DNA of 64,000 bases, taken from assembly GCA_030704615.1 (NCBI GenBank), contig CM060731.1:8804001-8868000 (forward strand). Direction: 5' to 3'. Positions 1 through 13,138 of the stretch are shown here, in pieces. Numbering within the stretch: the first letter of the stretch is position 1; each line of letters opens with the position of its first letter. The notes under the pieces were generated by a model. That model saw only the letters and a program-made list of their open reading frames with translations, did no database searches and was not told the DNA's origin. A program made the translations under genes and the position numbers. The stretch comes from Takakia lepidozioides. Its lineage: Eukaryota; Plantae; Bryophyta.

Positions 1-86
1 GTCAGACCTCCCCCTACTCCATCTACTGTCATAGTTTAACAACAACTCAAGAAAAAAGGGTGATATTTAAGGTCACAGATCCCTAC

Positions 87-2095
87 AAGTCTGCGTCGTT
101 GTTCATTTCAGAATGCGTAATCCCCCGTCCTGCGCTCATATACTGCACAGAGCCGCGTCCAAGTGTCTCTGATGTTCCTATGCTGTCATGTCATGTCCAA
201 AAAATATATTGATACAAAATCATCACATTGTATAGGCACTTGAAAACTTCAATGCAATTAGATGGAGATAACTTGGGTGCAAAGTGAAAATGTAACCTAT
301 ACAAACAGGTTTTCTACATTGAACATTAAAAACAAAAGGAAGATACATGCTTTAAAAACAAACCAATAAACATGTAAAGAATTAAGCTGTCTGGTTAGGA
401 GGACATAAGCATCACATAACACATGCAAGTAATCTTATGGATGTCATTAGGATACCATAACATAAATCGTGCAAAAAATGTTACATTGATTATCTTGCAG
501 TAAATTTGTACACCTCATCAACACAAGCATACATACAGCAAACATTCCATGAAACTTATTACTATTATTTCTTTTACTTTTGCAGACTCCTGGGGATGTC
601 TTTGATAAGATAAAAGGGCAATAATGTAATAATTATTTCACAAACAGTAAATTGAGGACTGATAAGATTAAAACCTGTCTTTGTGCGTGAGTTTACCGTC
701 CACGATGTAAGTGAAAATCTCCATGTCACGATGTGGGTGCGTACCAAATCCTGCTTTAGGCTAGGTACCAAAAACATTCAAATATAGTGAGACAAGATTT
801 GAAATAATGTACTCATGAGACGATGTTTTCCACCCACACAGTAGGCATTGACAATCTCCCTTTCCTCTTTGCATCTGTTTATTGATTCCCTGCGCTGAGT
901 TTAAATTTCAGTGTAGTGCTGAGGGTAGGTTGGTCGTTCAGATCATCCTTAAGGTCCTCACATGTCACAAACTGTAAAACAAGGAGTTTTTTTTGCCTAA
1001 CGTCCCATGTTCAGACATTCTTCATGCTTCCGACATGGCCTTAGATACTTCGGCCTCCAAGTCAGCTTCATCTAGCAGGGTCAGTTCTTCCTGCCTAATA
1101 TTCAGGTTGAAAATCTCCTCTACCATATTCCACCAGGACTTGGCCTCTTTAATAGGACGGTCTTTCTTCCAAGCGATGGAATCTATCATCTTGAAATAGT
1201 TTAACACTTTCTATACCTACTTCCTCTCTGCTCCTTCCCACAGGAATAGTGAGAGAGAGCATGGAAGACTTTATTTTCTGCCATAGTGACCAATGTCACC
1301 AAGCAGGCTTGAGGGCATGCAAACGAAGGCGCAAGCATCAAGAAGGAAGAGGGAAGCAAACATGTTGCCAACCAACCAACCATGGTGGGTGTGAGGGAGG
1401 GGACTAAATGGGAGAAACCATCGCGAGTGTTAGTGAGCTACCTTATGCAAGGGAGAAGGCATTGGGAGGATACATACCTCTCTTTATTATTGTTTACCTT
1501 TTGCTTTTTTATGTTCATCTCCATACAACTTTCAATGGGGCCTTCGGAAAATTGACGAAAAATAAAAATGACAAAAAACGTTTTGTGTCAACAGGAAATC
1601 TCTATCAGGCTAAGCCCCAAGACCAACTCCTCTCTCTTATAGAATGGGCAGCACTTGACAGTTAATATAATAATGACACAAATGACCAATACAGTTCTCA
1701 CCTGAACAAGATCATCATTAAGCACACGCAGAACCCCAAAATCTTGATTCTGTGGGTTAAAGTACTCTGCAAAACTGCATCCAATATGAACACAACTTTG
1801 TTAATACTTCCAAGGATGTTCACACTGGAGTTTTGTACATACATTGACACTGCATCTAGGGTACCAGCTAATGGTCCTACACAAAACCATTCCTATGATT
1901 ACATGTGGATTATGTCCTGTCATTGTTGACATGTTGTAGCTCACAGTTTAGACCATGAGCAAAGTTTTGATATAGGAAATCCCCAACAACAGAGAAGTAG
2001 ACTCTCAGAAAACATGCCTGAAATGGAACCGACTTTCAAGCCACCATGTTGGCCTGGACACATGTAGGCTTGTGTGTGGTATGAGTCTTAGACTC
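87..2095 (-). CDS. Pirin-like (YhhW-type cupin) protein, spliced, 3' end outside window
   Basis: Manually joined exons 2018-2095 ([25 protein letters not shown]), 1702-1774 ([24 protein letters not shown]), 675-760 ([28 protein letters not shown]) and 87-182 ([28 protein letters not shown]). Phases are consistent and the pirin metal-binding motifs HPHRD.E and GI.HSE are present. Probable upstream exons at ~2887-2972, ~5505-5572 and ~5786-5840. Confidence 0.9.
805..1205 (-). mobile_element. Degenerate 3' fragment of the LINE family seen at 25962-30395
   Basis: Translation [21 protein letters not shown]...[12 protein letters not shown] matches KLIDSISWKQDRPVKQAKSWQ...LLDKSDLEAVVS in ORF 29597-30367. 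It carries the family 3' end motif ATGAGTACA. Confidence 0.8.
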
Positions 2096-3559
2096 CTGCA
2101 TTGAAAATTCCCAACGCTTCATTAGTCCCTATGACATAGAACTATCGCTAGTAAAAAGAGAAGAGACAAAACTTATATGCTTTGCATTGGAACCACAACA
2201 TTATAGTTCCTCTTTTGGAATCATGTTCAATCAGGGAGTTACCCTCCTTGAGCTCTCCTTTCCCCTCTTAGCGTACAAGAGATGTTGGAAAGCACAAACA
2301 TCATGCATCCATCTAAGTGCTAAGGACTTCAGACTTCCGTTTCACTGGTAGTAAAATGATAGGGGAAGATACCATGTCCAAGACAACAATAGATGCTCTT
2401 TGGAGGAAGCTACAGGAGTCTAGAAGGACTCTAACCAACGAATAACAAAAGAAGAGGACAATTAGGACGCAGCCTTGTATCTGATAATCAATGAGGTCAC
2501 TTCAGCATCACTAGTTGCTACAGGGAATGGGATAACAGACATTTATCCAGAACATGAAAGACAAAGCACACGTGCAAGGAGCAGATTTAAACCGTAGGGG
2601 CATATGAACCTAAAACCTTAGGAAATTTTCATGACCATCAGGTAGGTAGCAACCAGTTTTCGGATGCATAAGATACACTCGAAGGATGATTGTATTGCCA
2701 AACAATGCAAACAATAGAACTTAAAAGCCCAGCCACGATGTAAATTTCTCGGTTTCGAAGCTTCCATGGTCGCGTCCTGTGATGCGACCGCCGAAGCCAA
2801 AATTAGCATGAAAATCCCCCTAGTTTGTGTAGTGACAATCCCAATAAAAAAAATAGAACCTTAATCATTTCACTGAGAGGGCCTACATTTTTTCGGTGCT
2901 GAAGTCGCGCCTTGTGCTGGCAGAGAGTTTTAGAGAGGCAATGCGTGGCAAAGATGAAAATGAATGAATCGGTCTGCAAAAACCCAAGGGGATGACGTAG
3001 GATGGTTATGGCAATATGACAAGAACAACCTGTTATTTGAGGGAGTAAGGTAGTAAAAAAAGAAGTACGGAAAAGATCTGAGGACTTTCAGGACTTTCAG
3101 GATATTAGAGGACTTTCAGAGGAGAAAGTGAGAAACAAACAGCAAAGAAAAGAGAAACAGAAACAAGAAAAAAGACTCTAGAAAGGAATAGGATCCAGCC
3201 ACCGCACCTACGAAACACCACAGTGGTCAAGCAGCCAAACTGACTCTCTCTACAATCAACTTCAACACAACCACACTCACTGCACCGATGAATCACTCTC
3301 CTACAGCCTTGCTTTGGTAGGCAAAAGCCTTGAATTTTAACTATATGATTGGGGCACTCTATTGTTTGAGTGCCCACCCTGTGGACCGGTGGATGTGTAG
3401 ATAATGTCTACCAACACTCAACTCATGTAATCGGCTGGCTAAGTGTGTGGATAGTGCATTTCAACAATCACACAAAAGAAATTCAACGAGCCTAGTAAAC
3501 TCTGAATCCTTGAGAGGCTACCAAAGATAAAATGAGATTGCAACATCCAGTAAAGGAGA

Positions 3560-3940
3560 GCTTTCAAAGGCGAAAAAATGGCACCAGGAAAAAGGCCTGG
3601 GCATTTGGCTCAGCCTCGAGATTTTCAAAATTGGTAAACAGAGGTGCAGAACAAATCCCTTGATGGATTTGAAGAGGGCGTCTCTCTGGTGAGAGTACCC
3701 AGGACAAATGAATCAGAAAATGAATATTGTCTACAGGTTGCCCACACAACGGGCATATGCAATCCCCCTATCCTCTCTGCATCTGTTTGCTGTTCAAAGG
3801 TAGGCTTCCTGCCCTGAGTTTAAATTTCAGTCTAGTGCCGAGAGTGGGTAAACCCTTGAGATCATCCATGATGTCAAGAGAGAATGTACTCATGAGACGT
3901 TGTTTGCCGTAGCCTTGGATGTCAAAAGAGAGAGAGAGAG
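3560..3940 (-). mobile_element. Rearranged 3' LINE fragment (same family)
   Basis: CGQPVDNIHFLIH...FTNFENLEAEPNAQA matches the LINE C-terminus. The ATGAGTACATTCTCTC end motif and a (GA)n tract are adjacent. Confidence 0.8.
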
Positions 3941-6900
3941 GCAGAACCCAACTAAAACAAATTCAATAGTAACTAAGAAAACATTCCATGCTTACATGGC
4001 GTGGAAGCTGGATGGCTGGAAGCAGCCAAAACTCTTGCAAAACCTGCATGCAAGAATGATAGAACATGAGAACCTCTGATTAGAACCAATATGCGTTTTC
4101 ACATAGGATATCTATAGCAGCCCTCACACAAACCATAATCTGACATGGAATCATGGTTATTAGAAGTTGGCAGACTTACCATGCCGGCTCTGCACAAGAG
4201 GCAAGTGAACAAAAAAAATTCAATGATTGTCAAGAAGCTGATGGAAGTGAAGTGTGAAAAAAGCATGGAGTCTGGAGCGTTAACACCTACAGACAAACAA
4301 CTCTATGCAAGGGGCAAGCACCGGAGATTTTCAGTGATTCTTGAGAAGCTGATGGAAGGAGAGTATGACAAAGGCATGGAGTCTGGAGTCCAGTGATAAC
4401 ACCTACAGACAATCAAGCAAGAATGACTGAGTACCACCTGAGCACAGACATGCAATGAGCATCTATAGCAAAACAATCTTATTTTTCACATTGACAGGAG
4501 AAGTACTGTATTGATATTTCTTGTCCCTCCCCCAGGAAATCACACTCAATGACAAAAATCCACATCTGACATGCATGGTCCCATGCTCATTTGCATTTAA
4601 ATTTGACACCTCAAACCTCATGAGCACGCATGACAGCATAGACACTTGTCCTGATAATCATGTAGCCAATAAACAGACCAGGGTGAGCTATTGCAATATC
4701 ACCTAACTCTTTTGGAGACAATCTTTTCTCTTTCAGTTTGAGAGGTTCGTGCAGAAGTCTAGGCCAGAGTTCAACCTAAGAGTAAGATCTTGGTCTTCAC
4801 AACCAACAAAAGTGCAGACAAATGAGCATCTTCTATCAGCGGGGCATAATATTGAGATAGTGGACTCCACACCAATATGGTGTGATTACGCATGCACACG
4901 TAGCCTGTTCCTATGAACAGCGCACCACAATTTGATCTGCCCCGAGGTTCAAGCTTCCGAGAGAGAACAGGAACAGGCTCATCAACCACGAGGACCATGT
5001 CTTTACATTTAATGCAGACTTCTGATAGATTCGGAAGATGATAACGATAAACACCAAAAAATTTCCCCATCTCTCACCCCAAACTCAACTCAGAACTCCA
5101 GCTTTACAAAGATAATATCTCCTTGCCATCCGATTCCCCACCATCACCCGATCAGATTCAGCTTGCGCACAATTCAACCTCGAGATAGGCATATGAGTTA
5201 ATATACCGCGGAAGATACGTGCCATGCAAGAAATGAAGCAGGAGCAGATTTTTCTCCTCTGTTCTCTACAGAGAGACACTGATGTCTCTTTGGAGACTGC
5301 TCAACACTAGCAAAGGCTCTAAAAGTCCGCATTTTCCTCGTAATGTTGTTCACATGCCCTTAGACTTCCCTCGTGTGCTATTAAAGTCATTTACTTTCTT
5401 CTCTCTCTCTCTCTTGTCCCATAAGCTTTTTAAGCTTCCCGCGGACGTCATAAGTTTCGTGCCATTTCTCTACTAGACATTCGAAAGTAAAGCAATTGCG
5501 TTACCTGCACCAGGAGAGTGCGTCGACAGGGCAGGAGCGCTGGAGCGGACAGTGTCTCTGGCTACGCAAAACCTGTGAAATCAACTACCAAAATGAGTAC
5601 CTCTCTAAGAGATAAATGGAACATAAGCTTTTAAAACATATTAGACGAGTAAGCGATTTCTCAGCCAGCACATCTCTCTGTTTCCCTCACCCGTCCTTCA
5701 AACTCAACTGGAACGTCTCTACTCCACAGACACCACAACATGCAAGAAGGATGAAGAACGCAGAGACCGAATTTCCAGGTACTCACGTTCAGAGAGGTCG
5801 ACGGTGCGCAGCTTGAGGACGGAAGAAGGGCTAATAATGCGGTGGATCGCTATATACTATATACCCAACCTGGTCCGCGTACACGTGGCAGATGTTACGT
5901 AGGTTGTATTTAGGGGTCAGGCACACGTCGCGTGTGCCGTCACTGAATCGTGGTGTGCCGCCGTCCATCGGTTTTAGGCTCACAGCCTTAACATATCTCT
6001 TACCAAGCTTGCTGACGTCTAGTGAGGCCTTGGTACGAGTAGGGGTGCATCAAGGTGGTTTCATAATATTTGGACTTGCAATGTGACTCCGATGTGAGAG
6101 ATATAGTATTGAATGTCAAAGATTTTTTATTTTTTTAACAAAGTTTTTAATTTATTTATTTTTTGTTTGCAGAACAAGGGACCTGAGTGGCCCCTGATAA
6201 ACCTTATCAACCCCTAAGCGACGAGACCTATTTTTGGATTTTGGGACAAAACCGGGACCTATCCTCACAACTTCAGCCTGTAGCTGCCTACCCCTGTTCA
6301 TCCACGTGGATGAAGCGTACAAAGTCATACCTACCTACCAGATGCACAAGCACCCCAAATTTGGGGAGATTCTACCGTTTTGTTTGGGAGATTATAACGA
6401 TTGAAAATAGTGCATTTTCTGGGAAATGAAAAATAAACACCAAAACTTCATGTTTGACCAAGTAAAATATCAATGTTGCAAGATTTTCCTGGGAGAAAAA
6501 GTGCCATATTCTAGCATAGTGCTGCATCCCAAACCCTGGCACCAAATTTCAGGTGAATCTGCTAAAAATTTGGGGGGGTGCTTTGTATGTGAAATCTGGG
6601 GGGTAAATTATCATGGTTTGCCAAGTAGACCTATGACGTGATAACCTTTTTTCTAATTCCTCTCGTGAGTAAGTGTACACTATCATTACATACTGCATTG
6701 TCAAATTTTTTTGGAAAATCTGAGCCCTAGATGTTGTTTTTCAAGATTCCTCATTTGGCATGCCTCGCAGGCAAGTCAACGCTAAATTTGTACTTTGAAA
6801 AATTCTAGGGAGCATAGCTTTAATATTTCAGGGCGCTTTAAATTCCACGTGTGCTTCTCCTTAACCCCCTCACTTTATCTTCGGGACCTTCATCCACTCC

Positions 6901-7530
6901 AAGGGAGGTGAACTTGCTGCCCGACTGATGATTTGGGTCGCTTCGTTGTTTAAGGGTTAATAATGGAGGGAAAACAAATTAAAACCCCTATTACACCGCG
7001 GCTGTGGAGACTTCCAAAGGAAGACCCAGGAGACCTCTAGAAGACCCCCCATGTGTCCTACCCTATATAAACCACCCCACTATTTGACACGTTTCTAGTA
7101 ATTGCACCCCCGAAAAACACTAATCTGAGCCCACCATTGGCTGTTCCAAAGGTGCGCCTATTTTCTTACCTTTCATAAATTAAACATTATCTCCCCCCTC
7201 TTTCTAGGTGTCCCTACAGCCCGGGCCTACATGTCTACTCAACAGCCCCCGTTTTCCCTTTTCTCTCGCGGCTGCGTGTCCTTCCCCTCCTTTTCCACTC
7301 CCCCCCCACATAGTGCCATCTTCTTACCGGATTACATTTTTTGGAATGAAACTTGGGCTACATATTACACCATGAGGCACACAGACACTGTAATCAGTGT
7401 TCTAAGAACCACTTTTCCTCGATAAGAGGACCTTTCCTAGGAAACGATTCAAGAGACGCAAGTCTCAAGAACCAAGACCCTTCCAGCCTTGTTTTGCAGC
7501 TAGGTCAGGCAATTAAGGACACACTTCCTA

Positions 7531-7873
7531 TACCATACGTTGCTGTCAGATTCGACAGCACAGTGCCGAAATAATTATTTTTGGAGGCTCAATCCATTCG
7601 GCACCTCATATTTTATATTCCAGGGTTTCGGCAGTTTAGGATTGAAAATTTTCGCCACCTGCGATACAAGCTTGCGATATGAGCTCCGCATCTTTATAGG
7701 TTGTACGCGCCCTCGGGCCTCTGCAACGATCAAGCAATTCACAAGCACCAAATTTTCTTATTTTTGGACAAGCTGAGTATGTAATATTTCTAGACATATC
7801 ACTTGAGTTAATTCAAAATTTCAACAACCAAAATATAATTAATTTGTGTCGAATCTGACAGCAACGTAGGGTA
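7531..7873. mobile_element. TA-flanked MITE (Tc1/mariner-like)
   Basis: 27-bp terminal inverted repeats TACCATACGTTGCTGTCAGATTCGACA ... TGTCGAATCTGACAGCAACGTAGGGTA (1 mismatch), with TA at both ends. Confidence 0.7.
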
Positions 7874-8589
7874 TGTAGAATTGCTAAAAAGGCCTGAGAG
7901 ATCGAGCCATTGACCTTTCTATTAGCAGTAATACACTATCTGTAATTAAATCGAGGCTTTCATGGAGGGTTTGAGATGCTTCTAGCTTACATACTTCACT
8001 CTCAAACTCTGGGGAGAGAGTGGAGGGGGCACGGCGATCTCGCCAGGGAGCTTGGACCAGGCATGGAGGTCCTAAGTAGTGTTGGGCGGTATATTGATTA
8101 CCCTGATATACCCGCCTATATTAGGGTATATTGATACATGTATATATACCTTGGTGTGGCAAATTCAATTATTGGATGTATACCCTTAAATTAGGGTATA
8201 TTTTTATGATATACCCTTATCCTTATATTTACGGAGCAGACTATGCTTATCCAACGAGTTGAATGCAAGCGTGGGAGCATTGCTGGTAGGGGTCGTCGGG
8301 GATGGCCGTACCGGCAACGTTCTGGCGGGGCGCACTGTCAAATCCCCACCCTCCCTTGAGGCTTGCTCCCCTCTCTCACCTGCGAGCCTGTATTTGTAGA
8401 TTAAAGCATTAGAAAATCAAAGGTAGTGATGGTGTGGTGGCTAAGTGATGTGTGTTGCAAAGGTGAGGTCCGAGGTTCAATTCGTGGCAGTATAGTCACG
8501 TTGACTGATAGGTTTGCACATGGGACTGATTAATATATATTTTCATCTCCAAAATAATCCTAAGTCCAAGATCGTCGCTAGTTCCCTCT

Positions 8590-8960
8590 GTCTCCTCCTT
8601 GTTCCCAGTCCCGCTCCCCTATCCCTGTCCCTTGTCCTCGATCCCCTGTTCTTGGTCCCCGCTCCCCTCCTCGCGTCATGGAACGCGGCTCGCTCCCTGT
8701 TCTTGGTCCCCGCTCCCCTCCTCGCCTTATGGAACGTGGCTCGCTCCCCTGTTCCCGGTCCTCGCTCCCCTCCTCGCCCCCGGTTCCCAACCTCGGTCCC
8801 CTGTTCCTGATCTCGCTCCCCGCCTCGCTCCCGGTTCCCGACCCCGCTCCCCTACTCACCTTGTGGAATGCGGCCCGCTCCCTGTCCCACTATGGGGAGC
8901 AAGGATCTTGGACTGGGAACAGGGGAGCAAAATTGGAGAATGTTGGGGAACATGGTCCTA
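8590..8960. repeat. C-rich degenerate tandem repeats (CGCTCCCCTCCTCGC / TGGAACGCGGCTCGCTCCCTGT) with inverted copies at the right end
   Basis: Repeated motifs are visible directly and give low-complexity ORFs on both strands. Probably subterminal repeats of a non-autonomous DNA transposon. Confidence 0.65.
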
Positions 8961-9161
8961 AAGGTGGGGAGCCTAAGGAGGGAGCAGGAGGTGTGGAGCG
9001 CTCCCCACCTTCACAATGGGGGAAGACATTTGACAAATAGTCTGCCGGAGCCTCCTGAGCTTAGGCCAGCGGGCCCCACCACCTCACACACGCTTGCCTT
9101 AAACTCGTCTTGTGAGCTAGTCCTTGCCTATATTTACCCTCCATCAAGAAGTCCAATATAC

Positions 9162-9890
9162 CAGTGTTGTACTGGTATGTGCCAGCTGGCCAGGGTATGT
9201 GCACTGATATGAGTAAGGGTATTGTACAACATACCAGTTGGGTATGTCTTGGGATGTATACCCCGACTATACCTAGACCCCGGGTTTTGAACACTGGACC
9301 TACCCCTACCTACCATACCAGTCTAAGTATGAACAATTTTCATACTCGGCAGGATTGATGAACCCAAGCTAGCATGGGGTATGTGTTAGATACAATTTTT
9401 TTGTGCTTATCCTCATTCACATTTGTGCAATGTAAAAAATAGCACTATATCTTTGGGCTCCCAATCGCAGGCATCACTGATTTCAGCCGCTGGCATCACG
9501 TATCCAAACCATTACAACATAGATCACCATAATATAACCATGTACCAAAAATATAAATTTATAACTAACAACAGGGGTTTGTGGCTACAAATGTAAAAGA
9601 CGTAAAAATAACATGAAGTTAACCTTTAAATATCATAATATATAATGTAATTGTATCCATTAAAAATATAACCATACCATTGTACATATTGCCCCAGTAT
9701 GTCATTTGAGTTGTTGTCATACCCATGCCTAGGACCAGGGTATCTCAAACTTCGAAATACCCATACCCATCCTATAACCTACCCTGGCCACTCCTAATCT
9801 ACCCCGGGGCCTACAGTTGGACCCAACAGCCAAGTTGGACCGACCAGGACCATTCGGGTATGCCAAAATGGACATACCAGTACAACACTA
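9162..9890. mobile_element. hAT-type MITE
   Basis: TIRs CAGTGTTGTACTGGTAT ... ATACCAGTACAACACTA and a perfect 8-bp TSD CAATATAC (9154-9161 and 9891-9898). Confidence 0.85.
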
Positions 9891-11019
9891 CAATATACCC
9901 TACTTTTCCGAAGGGTATGTCTAACCAGGGTATATAAGGTAACATAGCCACGGCGGTAGCATTGACGGCCATAGCATAGCTGCTGCGGTAGCACAGCATT
10001 CGAGGTGACATTTAGCATGGAGGTGCTTTTAGGGAATCTCACCCATCTAGCAGTTTTTTCTGATGCAAAATAAGGGAGGGATTTTTTTGGGACAGGGCAA
10101 CCTTTATATGCTAGGTCTTCTCTCTTTTTGTTGTGTTGTTAGGGAGCCTTCAGTTGTAAGAAAGCTCCAATCACATATCTATGATTCCTAAAATGTCATA
10201 TAATCCAAAGAAAACCTCTTCAGATCCTGCATATATTTTTTGAAATTCAAGCCTCCTTCCTCTTGCATTGGGAATTAAAGCCAAAATATTATGCAGTATC
10301 TCATCAATTTTCTCTTTTACCATAGATTGTTTCTTTTGTTTTGTATTGGAAAACGTACAATTTTCAAAAACCATTAAATGGTACAGATGATTCCTTTGTG
10401 ACCCTAGGTGACTTTGGAAGGCTGCATCAATCGCTGCTGTATTCCGTTTGATGTCTGCACATGTTTTAGCCCACGCCTTATGGGACTCCGTCTGTAGATT
10501 ATGAAAGATATTGGAGAGAAAGACATTTGTCATTGGAAATTCATGAAGAATAACAAATTGAGTTTTTTGGAATATAAAATGACTACATAATATGTGCTCA
10601 ACGGCACCAGCCGTAGGTAGTGTGGTGTGAAGTGAGCCTTCCCGATGAAAATACTTATCAATGGTGTTTAATCTTCATGTCTTGGATACGCATAATCAGG
10701 AAAGGAAAATTGCAAGGACGCACATTAAAAGCAATCCATGTAGCTATTAAACCAAACTTAGATAATATTAAATGTGGTCCGAGTTAGGCTACAAGAGATT
10801 GATAATCAATATTGCATGTTCTGTACTTTTTCGACTCAATTATCATGACTGATATTGCAAAATGTTATATTGCATGTTATCAACAGCGGGTATCAATAGT
10901 TCAGTCGACATAGTGCACACATTCGAAACATGTATGCTTCAACATATGCATAATGCAACTACATGTCTTTGAGCACATAGCCATAGTCATCCTCACTAAG
11001 CACATAATTTGTAGATGCA

Positions 11020-11334
11020 CATAATCTATAGCTGCTCCTATTGCAGTAATCCATAGCTGCTCCTGAACTGATTGCATTCCTAAACCTACTATATCTGCCG
11101 CCTTAGCCCATGCTCATACCAGGAACAACAACTGGAGGAGGCGGCTCATATCAACAACGAGTAGAAACGGCAAACCCTAACCCCAGCCGGGTAGGGTTTC
11201 TGAGGAAAAACTACCTTATGAAGACTCGGCAGGTCTGTTACAGGTGAAATTTTCCTACAAACTATAACTGTCCGGTAGGGTACCTAATAACCGGGTTGAT
11301 GACCCGGTTAACCCTCTATACCAGTCCAACACTG
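11020..11334. mobile_element. Right end of a related hAT-type element
   Basis: Terminus ATACCAGTCCAACACTG at 11318-11334. The subterminal sequence resembles 12000-12266. No matching left end or TSD was found; TAGTGTTGGGCGGTAT at 8077 has no matching TSD. Confidence 0.5.
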
Positions 11335-11653
11335 GTATGCACGTCCCCTGCCAGCAAGTGCCAAAGTCGTAGAACCACGTGTTCAATATCCAATTCACAA
11401 AGTGGAACACTGCCCGAAGGAAAAGAAACCCTGCCCGAGACGAAGTAGGGAAGTAACTTGTCAGCAGGTTGTTATCGGGGAAGGTCTCTTTGGCGAAAAC
11501 CTGACAGCAACTTTACGCTGCGGAAAGTTCGTGGCCGTGGGCTTTGCGATGTTCACGGGTACGGCACTTCGAGGCCTTTGACAGCCGAAAGTCGTGGGCG
11601 CGAACTTTGAGATATAGACGGCAGTGTGATCAGCCAACTCCTCTTGCTAACTA

Positions 11654-12266
11654 GAGTGTTGGACTGGTATCAGGTTTTGCTTATACCAGTAGGTTCTTGG
11701 TATTTTGTTTTTGTGTTATGGCAGGTTGTTAAATAATGTTTTTTTTTTAAATTCTGGTACCAGGCTGGTATCAACAATGCACTTCATGAAAAAATGGAGG
11801 TCGGATATCAACAATGGTCCTCGGAAATATTCTTGCAAAATATCAACAACGGTTATCAATACTTGAAGTGCAGAAACGTGTCACTTTTGTAAACTACTTG
11901 AAGAGCCAATCTGCAGATCATAAGGAAGTTCAGCATGTTGTTGCCTAGCTTCAATGCCTAGCTTCAAATCCACACTACATGGCAATCCTAATCCTACCAT
12001 ATCTGCCATAGCTGCTACTGTATCCCCTCCCACATTGATACTAGGAAGCTCATACCAGGAGCTGCAACATAACTCGGGTAACAACACCCGGTCCTATCGC
12101 TCTAAGCCGGGGCGGGTAGGTTCTTGCCGATCACTCTCGCAAGCCCTAACCGCCGGGCCTGTTCTGCATGGAGTTTTCAGGTTTCAAGAACCTTCTGGTA
12201 GGTTAGCTATCCGGGCTGTTACCCAGGTTAATAACCGGGTGGACCCCCAATACTAGTCCAACACTG
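11654..12266. mobile_element. hAT-type MITE, degenerate
   Basis: TIRs GAGTGTTGGACTGGTAT ... ATACTAGTCCAACACTG; TSD not recognisable. Confidence 0.65.
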
Positions 12267-13138
12267 CTATCGACCCTCTAGGGAAAAAGAAGGGTCTCCT
12301 TTTGATCCCAGAGACGTGTTGAAAAATTTCCAAGATATTTGTCCCGGATCATGTCCCTTTCCACTCATTATTCACCCACCTCTGCCTCTCTTCCAAATTT
12401 GTTGGCTCCTCCCTAAGGAGCGACCAGGGATCATAATTGTTTTCCCTTGTATACACACAGCTTTGTCAGGCACACCTGGAAATGTCTTTTGTGAAGTGTC
12501 AAGTATCTCCAAAGACATTGATTATCACTCTCTGTTTGGTACTATGAAAGCATATTTCACATACCTACTTCAAGCTCTATCAAGAAGGTTGGGTGGTATA
12601 CCCTTTGCATGTTGCTTTGTCTCTGTTAGGTTTCTCATTTGTGTGAATACAAGTGGTGGTAGTTCCTGGGAGTGCCCACTAGAGCCTTCATGTTTCTGTG
12701 GAAATCTGCTGAAACCCCATAACCTCGGACATTGCTGATTGCGGATTTGGGGCAAGGCTCCAAGGATCACATTCTGCTTTATTGATGCTCTGACAGACAG
12801 AAGAATAGGTATCCTGTCTAGTAATTGTTTTCTTTCGGATCCTCAATTTCATGAAGGCCAACTAAACACTGCTTGCAGTGACAAATTATGGCAATTCTTC
12901 AGTTACTTGAAGCAACGTAAATCCGTTAGTCTTCATGAATTATTGTCCATCATCTGGCAGCACTTCTGTTGCCTAGATGACCCCAATAAATGGCTGGGTT
13001 CACCATGTTATCAATATCAGATGGTTCATTTTGCGAGGTCATTCGGTCATTCTCTGCTAGAATAACCAACCAGGGGAGGGGAGTTTAGCTAACTGGGAGA
13101 GATGAGATAAGGCCATGCTCCTTCTGCAAGGTCTCATA

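Noticed and set aside
4230-4415. Short two-copy direct repeat (GAAGCTGATGGAAG...TAACACCTACAGACA)
   Set aside because: Local intronic duplication with no further structure.
6861-6960. TTAA-CCC...GGG-TTAA piggyBac-like mini element
   Set aside because: Inverted match is only a few bases; could be chance.
8514-9212. Several overlapping 90-120-aa ORFs
   Set aside because: Produced by low-complexity tandem repeats; no recognisable domain.
10171-10533. 120-aa ORF as a possible transposase remnant
   Set aside because: No motif I can recognise; needs a profile search.
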